A stretch of 64,000 nucleotides of DNA from Kiritimatiellia bacterium (GCA_045656225.1 JAZOQU010000024.1:5790-69789), one strand, 5' to 3'; positions 1-11,089 are shown, counted from the first letter of the stretch. The notes: generated by a model from the sequence alone, not told the origin. Numbers and translations are program-made.

Positions 1-3000
1 ATTTCGGTCATTTCCTTAGGATTGATCTGCTTACGGGTAGCACCGAACCAGACGCCCTTAACCTTAAACTTCTTACCTTCAGCGCGAAGTTCCTTAGGAA
101 TATTAGCCTCAAGCGTATGCCAGCCGTGGAAGCACTGATAGCCGCGGTACGTGTCAAAGGAACTCGCATGAACCTTACCCTTTTCGTCCTCAAACGTAAT
201 GGAGAGCTTGGAGAACGAAGAGTTACCGTAAAGTCTAACGCCAATCACAGTATTCGGCTTATAGGTAATATAAGGAACCGACTTCTTAAATTCTACACCG
301 CCATACTCCCAGGCGATATCAGGAATAGTGCCGCCAAGCGCGGGTGAATGCTTATTGGCGAAAAGTCCGCCGCCCGAGCCGCCGAGCTGACCTTCGCCGC
401 CGCCGCCGATCATGTGAGAGACTTCGCGACCGTTGCAAAGAAGAACACTGTCTTCACCATTGGTGGACTTGGACTTACCGAAAACGCCGCCCTTACCGCC
501 GCGGCCAACGCTGCCCGTAAAGACCTCGCCACCATTGACGCGAACGCGGCGATAATCCATACCGCCCGCGCCGCCGCCGCCCGCGCCGTAATTCGGAGCA
601 GCCGAACCGCCGCCGCCACCGCCGGCGACGACAAGAAATTCGCAAACGCCTGCCTTGCGAACGGGAACGCGAATTTTATCGCCGGGAGCGAATTTGTAGA
701 CCTTTTCATCAGCCTTAATGACGATTATACCGTCGCCGCCTCTGCCGCCGTTACCCTTCATCGAATGGCCGGCGCCACCGCCGTCGCCAAAACCGTTACG
801 CCCATCGGAGCCATTAGCTGAATCACGGTTGCTGCGATCCTGGCAGTCACCACCGTGACCGCCCTTAGCATAAACGAGATTTTCGCCTGTAATCGCGCAC
901 TCACGGCCAGGACCGCCGGGACGCGGACCCTCAGCCTTACCCTTAGTCTGACCATAAAGACCAGGACCACCCGCACCGCCGCCGGAGCCGCCGGTGCCGG
1001 GACCGAAACCGTCCGATCCACCGCCGACATTGCCGTAACGCGCATCAATGACGGTCTTGTCAAGTTTTACAACTAAAGCCTCTCCGACCTGATCGTCTTT
1101 TTCCATAAAGACATCGAACTTACCGCGGAACATCGGAGCTTCATGGGCGACACCAAGATTCGCAGGACGCGAACCGTTGGAAACGAAGGAGTTCTTAGTC
1201 GTGCATTCGAAAATCTTCTCATATTTACGACCAGCGAGACCCTGCTGGAAGTGACGGACGATTTTCGCGCTCTCCATCTTCTCAGATGAAACAATGTAGC
1301 AGGGAGACGAACCGATATCAATCTCACCGTTCTCAGCAAGCGCTGATTCATGTCCCCAAATATCGTAGAGCTTAACATTAGCACTCGCGGGGAACTTAAC
1401 CTTAGCAGTCGCGCCGAACTGAGGCGTCCAAAGAGCGTACGCGAAATCAGGCGTCTTACGATTACGGCGGAACTCAGCGATATACGAGCAATTCTCACCG
1501 GAATCGACCATTCTAAGGAACTGCGGACAATCGAGAATACGCGTTAAAACGGCGAGAGCTGTAAACATTCTCTTAGGATAGGAATAGGGATAGAACTTAC
1601 ACTGTCCGCCCGCGCCCCAGTTCGTATCATAATACGCGTCATTGGCATCTTCGAGGTGACCTGTCGAAATAATATCGCACCCCCAGATAAGGCAGATAAG
1701 ATAATCACGGACAGAGAAGTCTGTAATCTGCATAATCTTATCGCGCGACCAGCTACGCTGTACTGTGCGTTCAGGACGGAACACGAACTCATTACAAGCG
1801 TTAACCGTCACATTCGAATAGCCGAAAACACGCGCCGTTTCGCGAAGAGCCCAGAACATGCCGGGAGATTCGCGGTTGGCGTTCAATTCGGGCATCGTTG
1901 TAAAGCCCTTCGATTCAATGCCGAGCTGATCAACGAGATTAAGATCAAAACCGTTTCTTAAAAGGCATGCGATCTTCTGGGAGGAAGAAGAACCATTACC
2001 GATCATAATGCGCTTATTCGGAAATTCCTTGCGCATACGCTTACAGAATTCGGTACAGAAAAACGCCTCCCAGCGCTCTCTGGCCGCCTGACTCTTATGG
2101 AAGTCGTCGGGGTTATCAAAATCCCAACCGCGATATTCGCCGCGTACAGCCGGCCTCTGGCCCGCGACTTCACTCGCAAGATCCTTGCCGCCCTGCTCAT
2201 GGAGAAGCTGTATAACCTCGCAATGCGGAAACTTCTCGAACGCCTCACGGGCTTTCACTACACCACGGTCAAACTTCTTAACAAGCTCATCATACGTCTT
2301 CGTCGGGAACCCTGGATTATATGGGAGCTGCTGATAAATCGAGCTCATTGTAACCTTCCAAGGCTTACCCTCCTCTTCACTCTTTACATGCAGCGCCTGA
2401 CCCCAAGTTTTACGATAACCAGCCTTACGCATGATATCGAGTTGTTCAATCGGATTGGGGTTAGAGCCGTGATAGCCGTTCAAAAGCGGCCAACACGCAT
2501 AAGGCGACTCGTAGCCCGCCTCGCGGTCATCAGGAGCGAGAACAGTAAACGCGGCTTCATGCTGAGCGATTTCTCGACCTGTTTCGTCTTTAAACTTATA
2601 AAATAAACCGTACCAACCAATACCGAAACGCTTAAGAGGTATCGGTATAGTAAACTTTTCGCCGCGCTTGGCGAGTTTAAACTTCTTAGATCCCTTATTG
2701 AGCGTTTTAAAGTAAGGATCTGTAACTTCAATTTCAAACGTACCTTCAACATCATCCCTCTCCGCTATAATTTCAACAGAGCACGCCTGAGTATCCTTAC
2801 CTTGCTCAAAGATATTGCCGCGAACAGGATTTTTAACCTTAAACGAGAATGGAGCTTCCTGGAGCGTCGCGCCGAAAATCTGAACTGAAGTCGCCTTATT
2901 CCAATTTCTACCGCCATCACCGACAAAATCGAAGTCGAGCGAGAACTTATTCATAAAGCGCGAGCCGAGCTTGTTAGGCTCAAGTTTAAGGCGAACGATA

Positions 3001-4085
3001 TAAAGAGGAGTTTTTACGCGCTGTCCGTTTTCATCTGTATACTCAAGTTCACCGATCTGCTTTTTATTCGGAGCGGGCTTATCGAGCCTTAACTTTGAAA
3101 CATTAATATTACCATGCGTACAGCCGTCACCAAGCTTAGCGAGCTGAGTACCTAAAATAGGCTCGCGACCCTTCATCGGGATATCGGCGCAAACGACCCA
3201 CGCGTAAAGCCAGGACTTGCACGGAACCACCCAATGCATATACTCGGGACCTGTCTTATAGCGCGTACGCGAAAAGAGAGGATCCCAAGTAAGGTTACGA
3301 TGAACCGTCGTCTGACGAACCTTGGACTGGTCGACGGAATTCTCGGGCTCCCAAACATCTATCAAAACCTTGCCGAACTTCTTAACGCCCGAACCGATCG
3401 ACAGTTTTGCATCCTTGGCGAGAAGCGGATGGGGACGTGCGGGATCAAGCTTTGGCAGAGAATATGAGCCCTGCTGGGTAAGAACTTCAACATTACCCTT
3501 CTTAACTATCGTCATCGCCTTCGATTTCTGAGATACACGCGCATCCGACACGGGATTTACACCGGGCAATTTACCGACTAGCGATCCGTCAATAAAGATA
3601 AGCGTACGGTCCTCTTCAGGATCGGGGAGGAATCTGAACGTATAAGCGCGATCCTTACCGGTAGCGTACATCTTACGCCACTCGGGCATGAATTTAAGAA
3701 CATCCTTATGGGGATAAAGACCGTAACCCGAATGGAAATAAGGTAAGTGAGAATATTCAATGGTATCTTTAATACCATCACCTTTAATCCAGACGAGACA
3801 ATCTTTGTAATAAGTTCTCTTCGGGAGTTTATCCTTTTTACCCATCCTTATAAGCTGTACGCGCGTAGCATACGCGACATAGCGGTCTTCATCGGCCTGA
3901 ACACCCCCCTTATGAGGACCTGCCGAAGGATAGCGTATCTGATACGAAGATTTTTCAGCGCCTTCGCGGGAAACAGTGAATTCACCGAACCCTTTTACCA
4001 CAACTTCAAACGCAGTTCCTGCCGATGCAATAACGCTAAATGTTGACACAAGAAATGCAGCAACGGGAACTTTATATGAAAACAT
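1..4085 (-). CDS. Large secreted protein (>=1361 aa, C-terminus lies beyond the left edge) with signal peptide and C-terminal glycine-rich domain repeats
   Basis: Absent from the ORF track because no stop is reached before pos 1. ATG at 4085-4083. Hand translation gives MFSYKVPVAAFLVSTFSVIASAGTAFEVVVKG (signal peptide). The frame with codon starts at pos = 2 mod 3 stays open to pos 3. Every listed minus ORF in 1-4085 is in the = 1 mod 3 frame and looks like an R/S-rich shadow. Bases ~330-1030, hand-translated, encode ..GDGIIVIKADEKVYKF.., ..CEFLVVAGGGGGGSAAPNYGAGGGGGAGGMDYRRVRVNGGEVFTGSVGRGGKGG.. and ..MIGGGGEGQLGGSGGGLF... These resemble the glycine-rich domain seen in phage-tail-fibre-like and bacterial surface proteins. 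Confidence 0.8.
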   Translation of the reverse strand, partial: MFSYKVPVAAFLVSTFSVIASAGTAFEVVVKGFGEFTVSREGAEKSSYQIRYPSAGPHKGGVQADEDRYVAYATRVQLIRMGKKDKLPKRTYYKDCLVWIKGDGIKDTIEYSHLPYFHSGYGLYPHKDVLKFMPEWRKMYATGKDRAYTFRFLPDPEEDRTLIFIDGSLVGKLPGVNPVSDARVSQKSKAMTIVKKGNVEVLTQQGSYSLPKLDPARPHPLLAKDAKLSIGSGVKKFGKVLIDVWEPENSVDQSKVRQTTVHRNLTWDPLFSRTRYKTGPEYMHWVVPCKSWLYAWVVCADIPMKGREPILGTQLAKLGDGCTHGNINVSKLRLDKPAPNKKQIGELEYTDENGQRVKTPLYIVRLKLEPNKLGSRFMNKFSLDFDFVGDGGRNWNKATSVQIFGATLQEAPFSFKVKNPVRGNIFEQGKDTQACSVEIIAERDDVEGTFEIEVTDPYFKTLNKGSKKFKLAKRGEKFTIPIPLKRFGIGWYGLFYKFKDETGREIAQHEAAFTVLAPDDREAGYESPYACWPLLNGYHGSNPNPIEQLDIMRKAGYRKTWGQALHVKSEEEGKPWKVTMSSIYQQLPYNPGFPTKTYDELVKKFDRGVVKAREAFEKFPHCEVIQLLHEQGGKDLASEVAGQRPAVRGEYRGWDFDNPDDFHKSQAARERWEAFFCTEFCKRMRKEFPNKRIMIGNGSSSSQKIACLLRNGFDLNLVDQLGIESKGFTTMPELNANRESPGMFWALRETARVFGYSNVTVNACNEFVFRPERTVQRSWSRDKIMQITDFSVRDYLICLIWGCDIISTGHLEDANDAYYDTNWGAGGQCKFYPYSYPKRMFTALAVLTRILDCPQFLRMVDSGENCSYIAEFRRNRKTPDFAYALWTPQFGATAKVKFPASANVKLYDIWGHESALAENGEIDIGSSPCYIVSSEKMESAKIVRHFQQGLAGRKYEKIFECTTKNSFVSNGSRPANLGVAHEAPMFRGKFDVFMEKDDQVGEALVVKLDKTVIDARYGNVGGGSDGFGPGTGGSGGGAGGPGLYGQTKGKAEGPRPGGPGRECAITGENLVYAKGGHGGDCQDRSNRDSANGSDGRNGFGDGGGAGHSMKGNGGRGGDGIIVIKADEKVYKFAPGDKIRVPVRKAGVCEFLVVAGGGGGGSAAPNYGAGGGGAGGMDYRRVRVNGGEVFTGSVGRGGKGGVFGKSKSTNGEDSVLLCNGREVSHMIGGGGEGQLGGSGGGLFANKHSPALGGTIPDIAWEYGGVEFKKSVPYITYKPNTVIGVRLYGNSSFSKLSITFEDEKGKVHASSFDTYRGYQCFHGWHTLEANIPKELRAEGKKFKVKGVWFGATRKQINPKEMTE

Positions 4086-4120
4086 AGCATAAAGCCTTTC
4101 TAAATAAGAATTATTTTATT

Positions 4121-4149
4121 ATTATCTCATACTCCTTCTTCTTATGCAA
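4121..4149 (-). promoter_or_regulatory. Candidate sigma70-type promoter for the large secreted protein gene
   Basis: Read on the minus strand: TTGCAT (4149-4144), 17-nt spacer, then TGAGATAAT (4129-4121, extended -10-like). Predicted +1 is ~4114, about 29 nt before the ATG at 4085. Confidence 0.4.
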
Positions 4150-4250
4150 GAGTAAAATTGGAGTTCTGTCGACAACAACCCCACCCGCATTAACCATGCA
4201 GAGATTAAGAAAAAAATAAATATTCTACGGATTTAAACGCCCGGAAATTA

Positions 4251-5368
<1,118 letters not shown>

Positions 5369-5372
<4 letters not shown>

Positions 5373-6313
5373 TTTTCTTCTGTTTCTTTCTTTGTGAATT
5401 TCCAATCTGGATACATCGCCTTCAACTGCGATTTATAAAAATCCGCATCAACGATACGATCTTCTTTAAGAGCGGTTATATACTGTTTTTCAAGTCTTTC
5501 AATCGAATTGGAACGGATGGATTCGACATATTGAGATTCGCTCTCGCCCAGAATACGCTCGGCTCTGTAAAGTTTACGCGAAGAACGCGGAATTTCAGGA
5601 TTGTTCTCGGGAAGATTCAACTCGGCTTTAGACTTAGCCCCGCCTTCCTCGGAAACGGAATCGATATCGCGAACGGTTTTTTCGGGATGAAGCGCTCTCT
5701 CGCGCTCGTCCAGCTCCATCTTATATTCAGCCAGTTCACGCTCCATACGCTCAATATCAAGAAGCCTTAAATCGTAAAGTTTCTTCTCGGCGAGAATTTT
5801 CTCCGAAGCGAGCTTTTCTTTTTCAAGCTGATCGGCCGCCGCTTGAGCTTTCTGGGTCTCGGCTTCTACAAGAATTTTAGCCTTGTCGCGCTCAATCTTG
5901 GCGGTTTCAGCCTTATGCTTTTCGGCGGCGCGGTTATCAGCCGCCGCTTGAGCCTCGGCCTCTGCACGAGCACGATCGTCGGCTGCCTTAGACTTCTCGG
6001 CCTCGGCCTTTTTTCTGTTCTCTTCGGCAGTCAGCGCATCAGTCTTGGACTTAGCGAGCTGAAGTTCTGCCGTTTTACGATCTTCTTCAGCCTTGCGCTC
6101 GGCCGCCTTAGCGGCATCAAGTTTCGCTTTCGCGGCTTTCTCTGCGCTGCGAGCCTCCTTCTCGGCGCTTTCAGCGGCGGAAGCTTCTCTCTCGGCCTTT
6201 GCGACCGCCGCATTCGCAATTTCGGTCTTGCCGTTCATATAAACGACACCGAAGACACTCGCGGCTATAACCGCAAGCGCGAAAAGAATCACAGTTAAAG
6301 TCTTTATATTCAC
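5369..6313 (-). CDS. Membrane-anchored A/E/K-rich coiled-coil protein (hypothetical)
   Basis: GTG start at 6313 with GGGAGA 7 nt upstream. Contains an N-terminal TM helix (LTVILFALAVIAASVFGVVY), then ~170 aa of AEKAAKAKLDAAKAAERKAEE-type heptad-like sequence, then a distinct ~110-aa C-terminal domain. Confidence 0.75.
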
Positions 6314-6410
6314 TCCACACTCTCCCTTTCAGCTTCTTTATCCGATGCTCATTGGGGAACCCGCTCTCCACCAAATGCTTTACTCATAAAGCGCGCAGAC
6401 GTATTAATCG

Positions 6411-9218
6411 TCATTTCGCGGCCTTCTTTTCGTCGGCTTCGGCCTTCTTGATAGATTCCTCAGCCTTCTTCATATCCTTTTCGCGGATTGAATCGGCAAG
6501 TTTCTTCAAATCCTTCTGTTCTTCAACCTGACGATCAAACGCTTCTTTGTCTTCCTTATCGAGCTCTTCACGATGCTGCTCGATCCAGAACTTACGTTCG
6601 GCCTCGGACATCTTTTCAAGAGTCTTCGCGCGATCGAGCTTCCACTTCTCGACGGCAAGACGGTTCTGGCGATCCTCATCCTGCTTCTCGGCCTCTTCCT
6701 TCAGACGACGAAGAAGTTCCTTCTTTGATACGGGATCGGCAAGAGCGGAATCAGACCAGCCAAGACTTTCCCATGCGCGGGAATCGCTGAGCGAGCGCTT
6801 ACGGCGCAACGCTTCGGCCTGAGCGGAATCGGCATCATCAAGAACATAAGGCGTCATAAATACGAGAAGTTCCTTGCGCGACTCGGTCTGGGTTACGCTG
6901 CCGAAGAGCCACTTTCCAACCCAGGGAATATCCTTCAAAATAGGAATACCGGTTTCCTTATCGGACGTATATCTTTCGGTAAGACCACCGAGAACGACAG
7001 TCTGCTTGTTATCAAGAAGAACATCCGCAGTCATCTTACGGGTTAGAGACGTGTCGATATTCGCAGTTCCGCCGTCATCTACAAGAATAGCCTGCCCGGC
7101 GCCGAGCTGCGAATACTCTTCTTCGACATTCAACATAACAGTGCCGTTAGGATTGATTTTCGGCTTTACTTTAATCTTAATACCAATATCCTTGGAATCG
7201 TACTTAGGAGTACGGACGTAAGTAGAATACGACGAAGATGTCTCGTAACCGTTAAAGAACTTTCTCGCTTCGGTCGCATCAATAGTCGCCTCTTTATTGT
7301 CGACAGTCATAATAATCGGCGAGGCGAGATATTTAGCGCGGCTATCGGACTTGGAAGCCTGAATGACTGCGGCGAGGTTGAGCTTATCTGATTTAAGAAG
7401 ATAATTGACGCCGCTACCGATCGGATTCGCACCGCCTAAAACGGCTGAACCGACCGCATTTGAAGCGACATTCATCATTGTCTTAAGTAACGCAGTGCCG
7501 CTGCCACCGCCGCCGCCAAGAGCGGAACTGCCCTGATTTACAAAGCCATCGCGAACCGTTCCGTAAATCGGAACATCCTGCATTTCATAAGTGTATGAAA
7601 TGGCTCCTGTTACAGGATCAACATTAGGAACGGAAACTCTCTGCTTCTGAGTTCCCACGACACCTCTCTGTCTGCCGCGCAAAACCCAATCGACACCCGT
7701 AGCGAGATCATCACCGAGCGTAACTTCGATAATAGCCGTTTCAATCAAGACCTGGCTGAGTTTAATGTCCATCGACTCAATAATGTTCTCGACAGTAGGA
7801 ACGAGTTCTTTCTGAGTCATGACTACAAGACCGTTGATACGCTTATCGGCGAGAACGACCGTGTTATCCTTTGTAAGCTCTCCCGCCTTCGCATCTCCCG
7901 CACGCTGATTATTAGCGGTATTGCGCTGAGGGTTCTGACTGCGGTTTGTAGTATTACGAGTCAAATTACCACCTGAAGAACTGCTGTTGCGAGCTGCCTG
8001 ATTCTGATTACCGCGGGTATTGGAACTTGATGACGTATTTCCGATAAGCTCGTTGATCATATCGCTTACGTCTTCCGCTTCGGCATATTTAAGACGATAT
8101 ACCTTAACGAGAGTATCGGGAGTCGTTTCGACATCCAACTCATTTATAACCTTATCAAAAAAGTCCATATTGGTCTTGGCGGTAACGACGATAAGCTTAT
8201 TGGAACGCTCATCAGCCATAATAAGAACCTTACCTCTAATCATGCCGCGATCAGCATCGGAAACGCTCGTGACCTTCGATTCAACATTTGCGTTCTGGGC
8301 AGGCTGGTTATTAGGCTGATTAGGACGATGCAAAAGCGTCCTGGGCTGATTGGGATTATTAAAACCGCCAAATCTGTTATAATTATTGTATCCGCCATAA
8401 GGTCCCTGAACATTCCTAGCGGCTTTACCGGCATTCTCCAACGCTTTCTGAGACTCCTGAACGATCAACTCAAGAGAAGTCTTGATCTCAAGGGCGGAAG
8501 CGTTCTTAATCTGACGGACAAACACATTCTCGTTTACGGGGGTTCCGACATCGATCTGACGGGCGACTTCGCGCATGCGGTTAATGTTCATGCGCGTATC
8601 GGTAACGAGAATCTTCCCTATGCGCTCATATACGAGCAAAAGACCCTTAGGCGACTTAAGACCTTCAAGAGCCGTTTTGGCCTCTTCGACAGGGATGTTC
8701 TTGAAGGTGATGAACATCGAAACGACCTTGCTGTCTTCGGGAAGTTCGGCCTCTTCATCAAGAATGAGCGGAATACCCTCTCCACGAACCTTGTCGCGGG
8801 GAAGAGCGCGGACGAACTTCTCGCCATATTCTTCCATGTGGACGCCGTTCATCTCGAGAGCTTCTTCGATAACGAAAATCTGCTCCTCTTTAGTAAGCTT
8901 CTGACCAGGGGCTGACTGAATCGTTATTGAAACCGACTGAACCGAGGGATCTTTAAGAACCGTACGCCCGACGAGCTGCGAATAGGCCTCAAAGACGATT
9001 TCAAGCGCGGCGTCCTTGAAATTGATGTCAGACGCCTTCTCGCCGTCCAGCCCTTTAAGAGCGGCGACCTCGGCCGTACCGCTTTCTGCGGTGCCTGCGG
9101 GCGCGTTCATCGCCGCCGCGCCGCGGTTCCGGCCGCGGAGAGTGGACAATTGGGCTAAAGCTGCACCAGCGGCAAATGTCGCAACCGCCAACACTACAAG
9201 AGTTCTGTTCTTAATCAT
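6411..9218 (-). CDS. gspD: Type II secretion / type IV pilus secretin (GspD-like), 935 aa, with low-complexity linkers and a charged C-terminal extension
   Basis: Signal peptide MIKNRTLVVLAVATFAAGAALAQ. N0-like domain (INFKDAALEIVFEAYSQLVGRTVLKD). Secretin core (..VVLGGLTERYTSDKETGIPILKDIPWVGKWLFG..ELLVFMTPYVL). N/Q/S-rich stretches are present. The last ~130 aa are K/E/D-rich. Confidence 0.9.
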   Translation of the reverse strand: MIKNRTLVVLAVATFAAGAALAQLSTLRGRNRGAAAMNAPAGTAESGTAEVAALKGLDGEKASDINFKDAALEIVFEAYSQLVGRTVLKDPSVQSVSITIQSAPGQKLTKEEQIFVIEEALEMNGVHMEEYGEKFVRALPRDKVRGEGIPLILDEEAELPEDSKVVSMFITFKNIPVEEAKTALEGLKSPKGLLLVYERIGKILVTDTRMNINRMREVARQIDVGTPVNENVFVRQIKNASALEIKTSLELIVQESQKALENAGKAARNVQGPYGGYNNYNRFGGFNNPNQPRTLLHRPNQPNNQPAQNANVESKVTSVSDADRGMIRGKVLIMADERSNKLIVVTAKTNMDFFDKVINELDVETTPDTLVKVYRLKYAEAEDVSDMINELIGNTSSSSNTRGNQNQAARNSSSSGGNLTRNTTNRSQNPQRNTANNQRAGDAKAGELTKDNTVVLADKRINGLVVMTQKELVPTVENIIESMDIKLSQVLIETAIIEVTLGDDLATGVDWVLRGRQRGVVGTQKQRVSVPNVDPVTGAISYTYEMQDVPIYGTVRDGFVNQGSSALGGGGGSGTALLKTMMNVASNAVGSAVLGGANPIGSGVNYLLKSDKLNLAAVIQASKSDSRAKYLASPIIMTVDNKEATIDATEARKFFNGYETSSSYSTYVRTPKYDSKDIGIKIKVKPKINPNGTVMLNVEEEYSQLGAGQAILVDDGGTANIDTSLTRKMTADVLLDNKQTVVLGGLTERYTSDKETGIPILKDIPWVGKWLFGSVTQTESRKELLVFMTPYVLDDADSAQAEALRRKRSLSDSRAWESLGWSDSALADPVSKKELLRRLKEEAEKQDEDRQNRLAVEKWKLDRAKTLEKMSEAERKFWIEQHREELDKEDKEAFDRQVEEQKDLKKLADSIREKDMKKAEESIKKAEADEKKAAK

Positions 9219-9234
9219 AAATTGATTATGCCTT

Positions 9235-9777
9235 TCAATCCTCTGAACGTTTGTAAATACAGATTAAAGTCATGCTACCGCTCATGAAACCCTGCCTGCG
9301 GCTCGGCGAAAAGTTCAACGCCTGCACATCGAATTTGCCTTGATCGGTATTTTGAAGCTCATACAGAAACTTTACAAGAGATTCAACCGCCGCCGTCCAT
9401 TTTATATCGACGGAAATCTTCTGCATGTCTCCGCTCCACTCTTCAACATCCTCCTTGCCGGGCTTGAATTCGGAAACAAAGACATGATTGGACGCGGCGA
9501 TATCCTCAATCGTCCTCATCCATACGGTGTCCGCACCCTGACCTTCGGCAAGAACAGGAATACGAGAGGCTTCCTGCTCGTAAAGCTCATCCCAGTATGC
9601 ACGCTGGGAAATGGTTTTCTGTTCACGCAAGACCTGCTCTTTGGCGGATTTCAACTTTTTCTTTTCGGCAGCCCTTTCGTCTGCCTGCATAAACCACCAC
9701 AGTATGGTGAACACATACAGCAGCAGGATTCCCAAACCCGCGAAAACGGCTTTTTCCTTAAGTGATATGGCAGCCAT
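9235..9777 (-). CDS. GspM/PilO-like bitopic assembly-platform protein
   Basis: 180 aa with a short cytoplasmic N-terminus, one TM (VFAGLGILLLYVFTILWWF), a coiled segment and a small periplasmic domain. Its ATG at 9777 overlaps the upstream stop (TGATG). The position between the L-like gene and the secretin supports the call. Confidence 0.6.
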   Translation of the reverse strand: MAAISLKEKAVFAGLGILLLYVFTILWWFMQADERAAEKKKLKSAKEQVLREQKTISQRAYWDELYEQEASRIPVLAEGQGADTVWMRTIEDIAASNHVFVSEFKPGKEDVEEWSGDMQKISVDIKWTAAVESLVKFLYELQNTDQGKFDVQALNFSPSRRQGFMSGSMTLICIYKRSED

Positions 9778-11039
9778 CAGTATCCTTCCTCTGATTGCTT
9801 AAAGTCACACTCTATGTCAAACGAGGCCTTGGAACCCCTTGTCGTAACACCGCGCGGAAGCTCCACCCGCGTAAAATAGCCCGTTTCGACATCTTCTTCC
9901 TTGCCGCTTATCTGAAAAAGACTGATCGCCGAGAGTTTATCCTTGAAATCATAAACCCGCTGATGATTGCCCGCCTCGGATGTTCCCGTAAAGGTCAAAA
10001 CGTCGCCGCGCTTGAAATTCCAACGCGAAAGCACAAGCCCGTCGGGCATCGCAGAAGCTACGACACGTAAGGTTTCAAGCGCGCCGAGGTCATGATTCGA
10101 AACATTTTGAACGGCCTTTATCTGATCCTTCTTCTTTTGGACCTCGCGATACCGGCCATGATTCCTGTTGACTATGTCCTTCTGTTTCAGGGTTTGACTT
10201 GCGTAATATTTAGGAACACCTATAATTACCGAAAGCATCAAAATCCAAATGCCGACGGCGGCAAGCATGAACTTCTTGAATTTAGACTTGAAACGGGACT
10301 CCTGAAGAACTTCGCTCCATGATTCAGGAAGCGCATTCAGCGACGAGGGATCAAGAGCGCGTTCGGCTATGCCGGCAAGAGGATCGAGTGACGAAGCGTC
10401 AATCATCCTCACCGGGGCAAACATATCAAATCCGGAACAATCAAGACCTTCTCCGACAACAAGAACCTCACTCAACGCCGCCGGCCCCGCGAATGAATCT
10501 GCCTCTACGAGCGACAGCATGATCTCGCGTTTGAAATCGGAATCGGATGAAACGGCGCGGACGACGGACGGGCAATCTCCGTCAAGAACAAACATCGATA
10601 CATTCACCTTGCCGACAATCAAAACCAACCTGCGAAGATCATCCTCGGCTATCCCGAGCTGCGGCCAGGCTACGCGCAATACCCCGAGCGCCAGCGAATC
10701 GACCCGCGTGACATTGATTTTAGCGCTGTCGAGAGCTTCCGCGATATCATCGGCAGACCCCTCGGGAAGCGCCGCAGCAAGAACAATGCGACCGTCCTCC
10801 GTTTCGCGAACCGTTTCGTAGGACACACTAATGCGCTCATCGGGATAAGGAGAGACTTTTTTGAAGATATTGGTCAGATATGAGGCGATATCCTCTTGAA
10901 GATCGTTAGGCACTCTGACGACTTTTACAAGCAAACGATCAAGAGGCAACGCGAGCACCGCCTCGTTGCGCTTATTACCCTTGATCGGGACGCTCAATTC
11001 ACCGTTTTCGAAAACGGCTATTTTTATTTCTTCAGCCAT
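9777..11039 (-). CDS. GspL-like protein (PilM-like cytoplasmic domain + TM + PilN-like periplasmic domain)
   Basis: 420 aa. N-terminal ~230 aa are PilM/GspL-cyto-like (..LALPLDRLLVKVVRVPNDL..VTRVDSLALGVLR..). A central TM follows (FMLAAVGIWILMLSVIIGV), then a periplasmic domain. It is the first gene of the L-M-D block. Confidence 0.65.
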   Translation of the reverse strand: MAEEIKIAVFENGELSVPIKGNKRNEAVLALPLDRLLVKVVRVPNDLQEDIASYLTNIFKKVSPYPDERISVSYETVRETEDGRIVLAAALPEGSADDIAEALDSAKINVTRVDSLALGVLRVAWPQLGIAEDDLRRLVLIVGKVNVSMFVLDGDCPSVVRAVSSDSDFKREIMLSLVEADSFAGPAALSEVLVVGEGLDCSGFDMFAPVRMIDASSLDPLAGIAERALDPSSLNALPESWSEVLQESRFKSKFKKFMLAAVGIWILMLSVIIGVPKYYASQTLKQKDIVNRNHGRYREVQKKKDQIKAVQNVSNHDLGALETLRVVASAMPDGLVLSRWNFKRGDVLTFTGTSEAGNHQRVYDFKDKLSAISLFQISGKEEDVETGYFTRVELPRGVTTRGSKASFDIECDFKQSEEGY

Positions 11040-11080
11040 TTAAGCTTACAACCCTCTTCCTTTTCAGAATTATCTTGCCC

Positions 11081-11089
11081 ATTATACCA
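11081..11089 (-). promoter_or_regulatory. Extended -10 box TGGTATAAT for the gspL-like/M-like/secretin block
   Basis: The plus strand reads attatacca. Predicted +1 is ~11074, giving a ~35-nt leader to the ATG at 11039. Confidence 0.45.

Noticed and set aside
350-1030. GCC/GGC-rich repetitive DNA (runs such as gccgccgccgcc) considered as a tandem repeat, CRISPR-like element or phase-variable microsatellite
   Set aside because: The runs are at most 4-5 triplets, irregular and in frame. They simply encode poly-Gly segments of the glycine-rich domain. There is no spacer-repeat periodicity.
117-4046. All ORF-track entries inside 1-4085 (e.g. 348-821 +, 2097-2606 +, 1073-1498 -)
   Set aside because: All are short and lie in frames other than the continuously open minus frame that starts at 4085. 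Their A/R/S-rich sequences mirror the Gly/Ala codons of the real gene.
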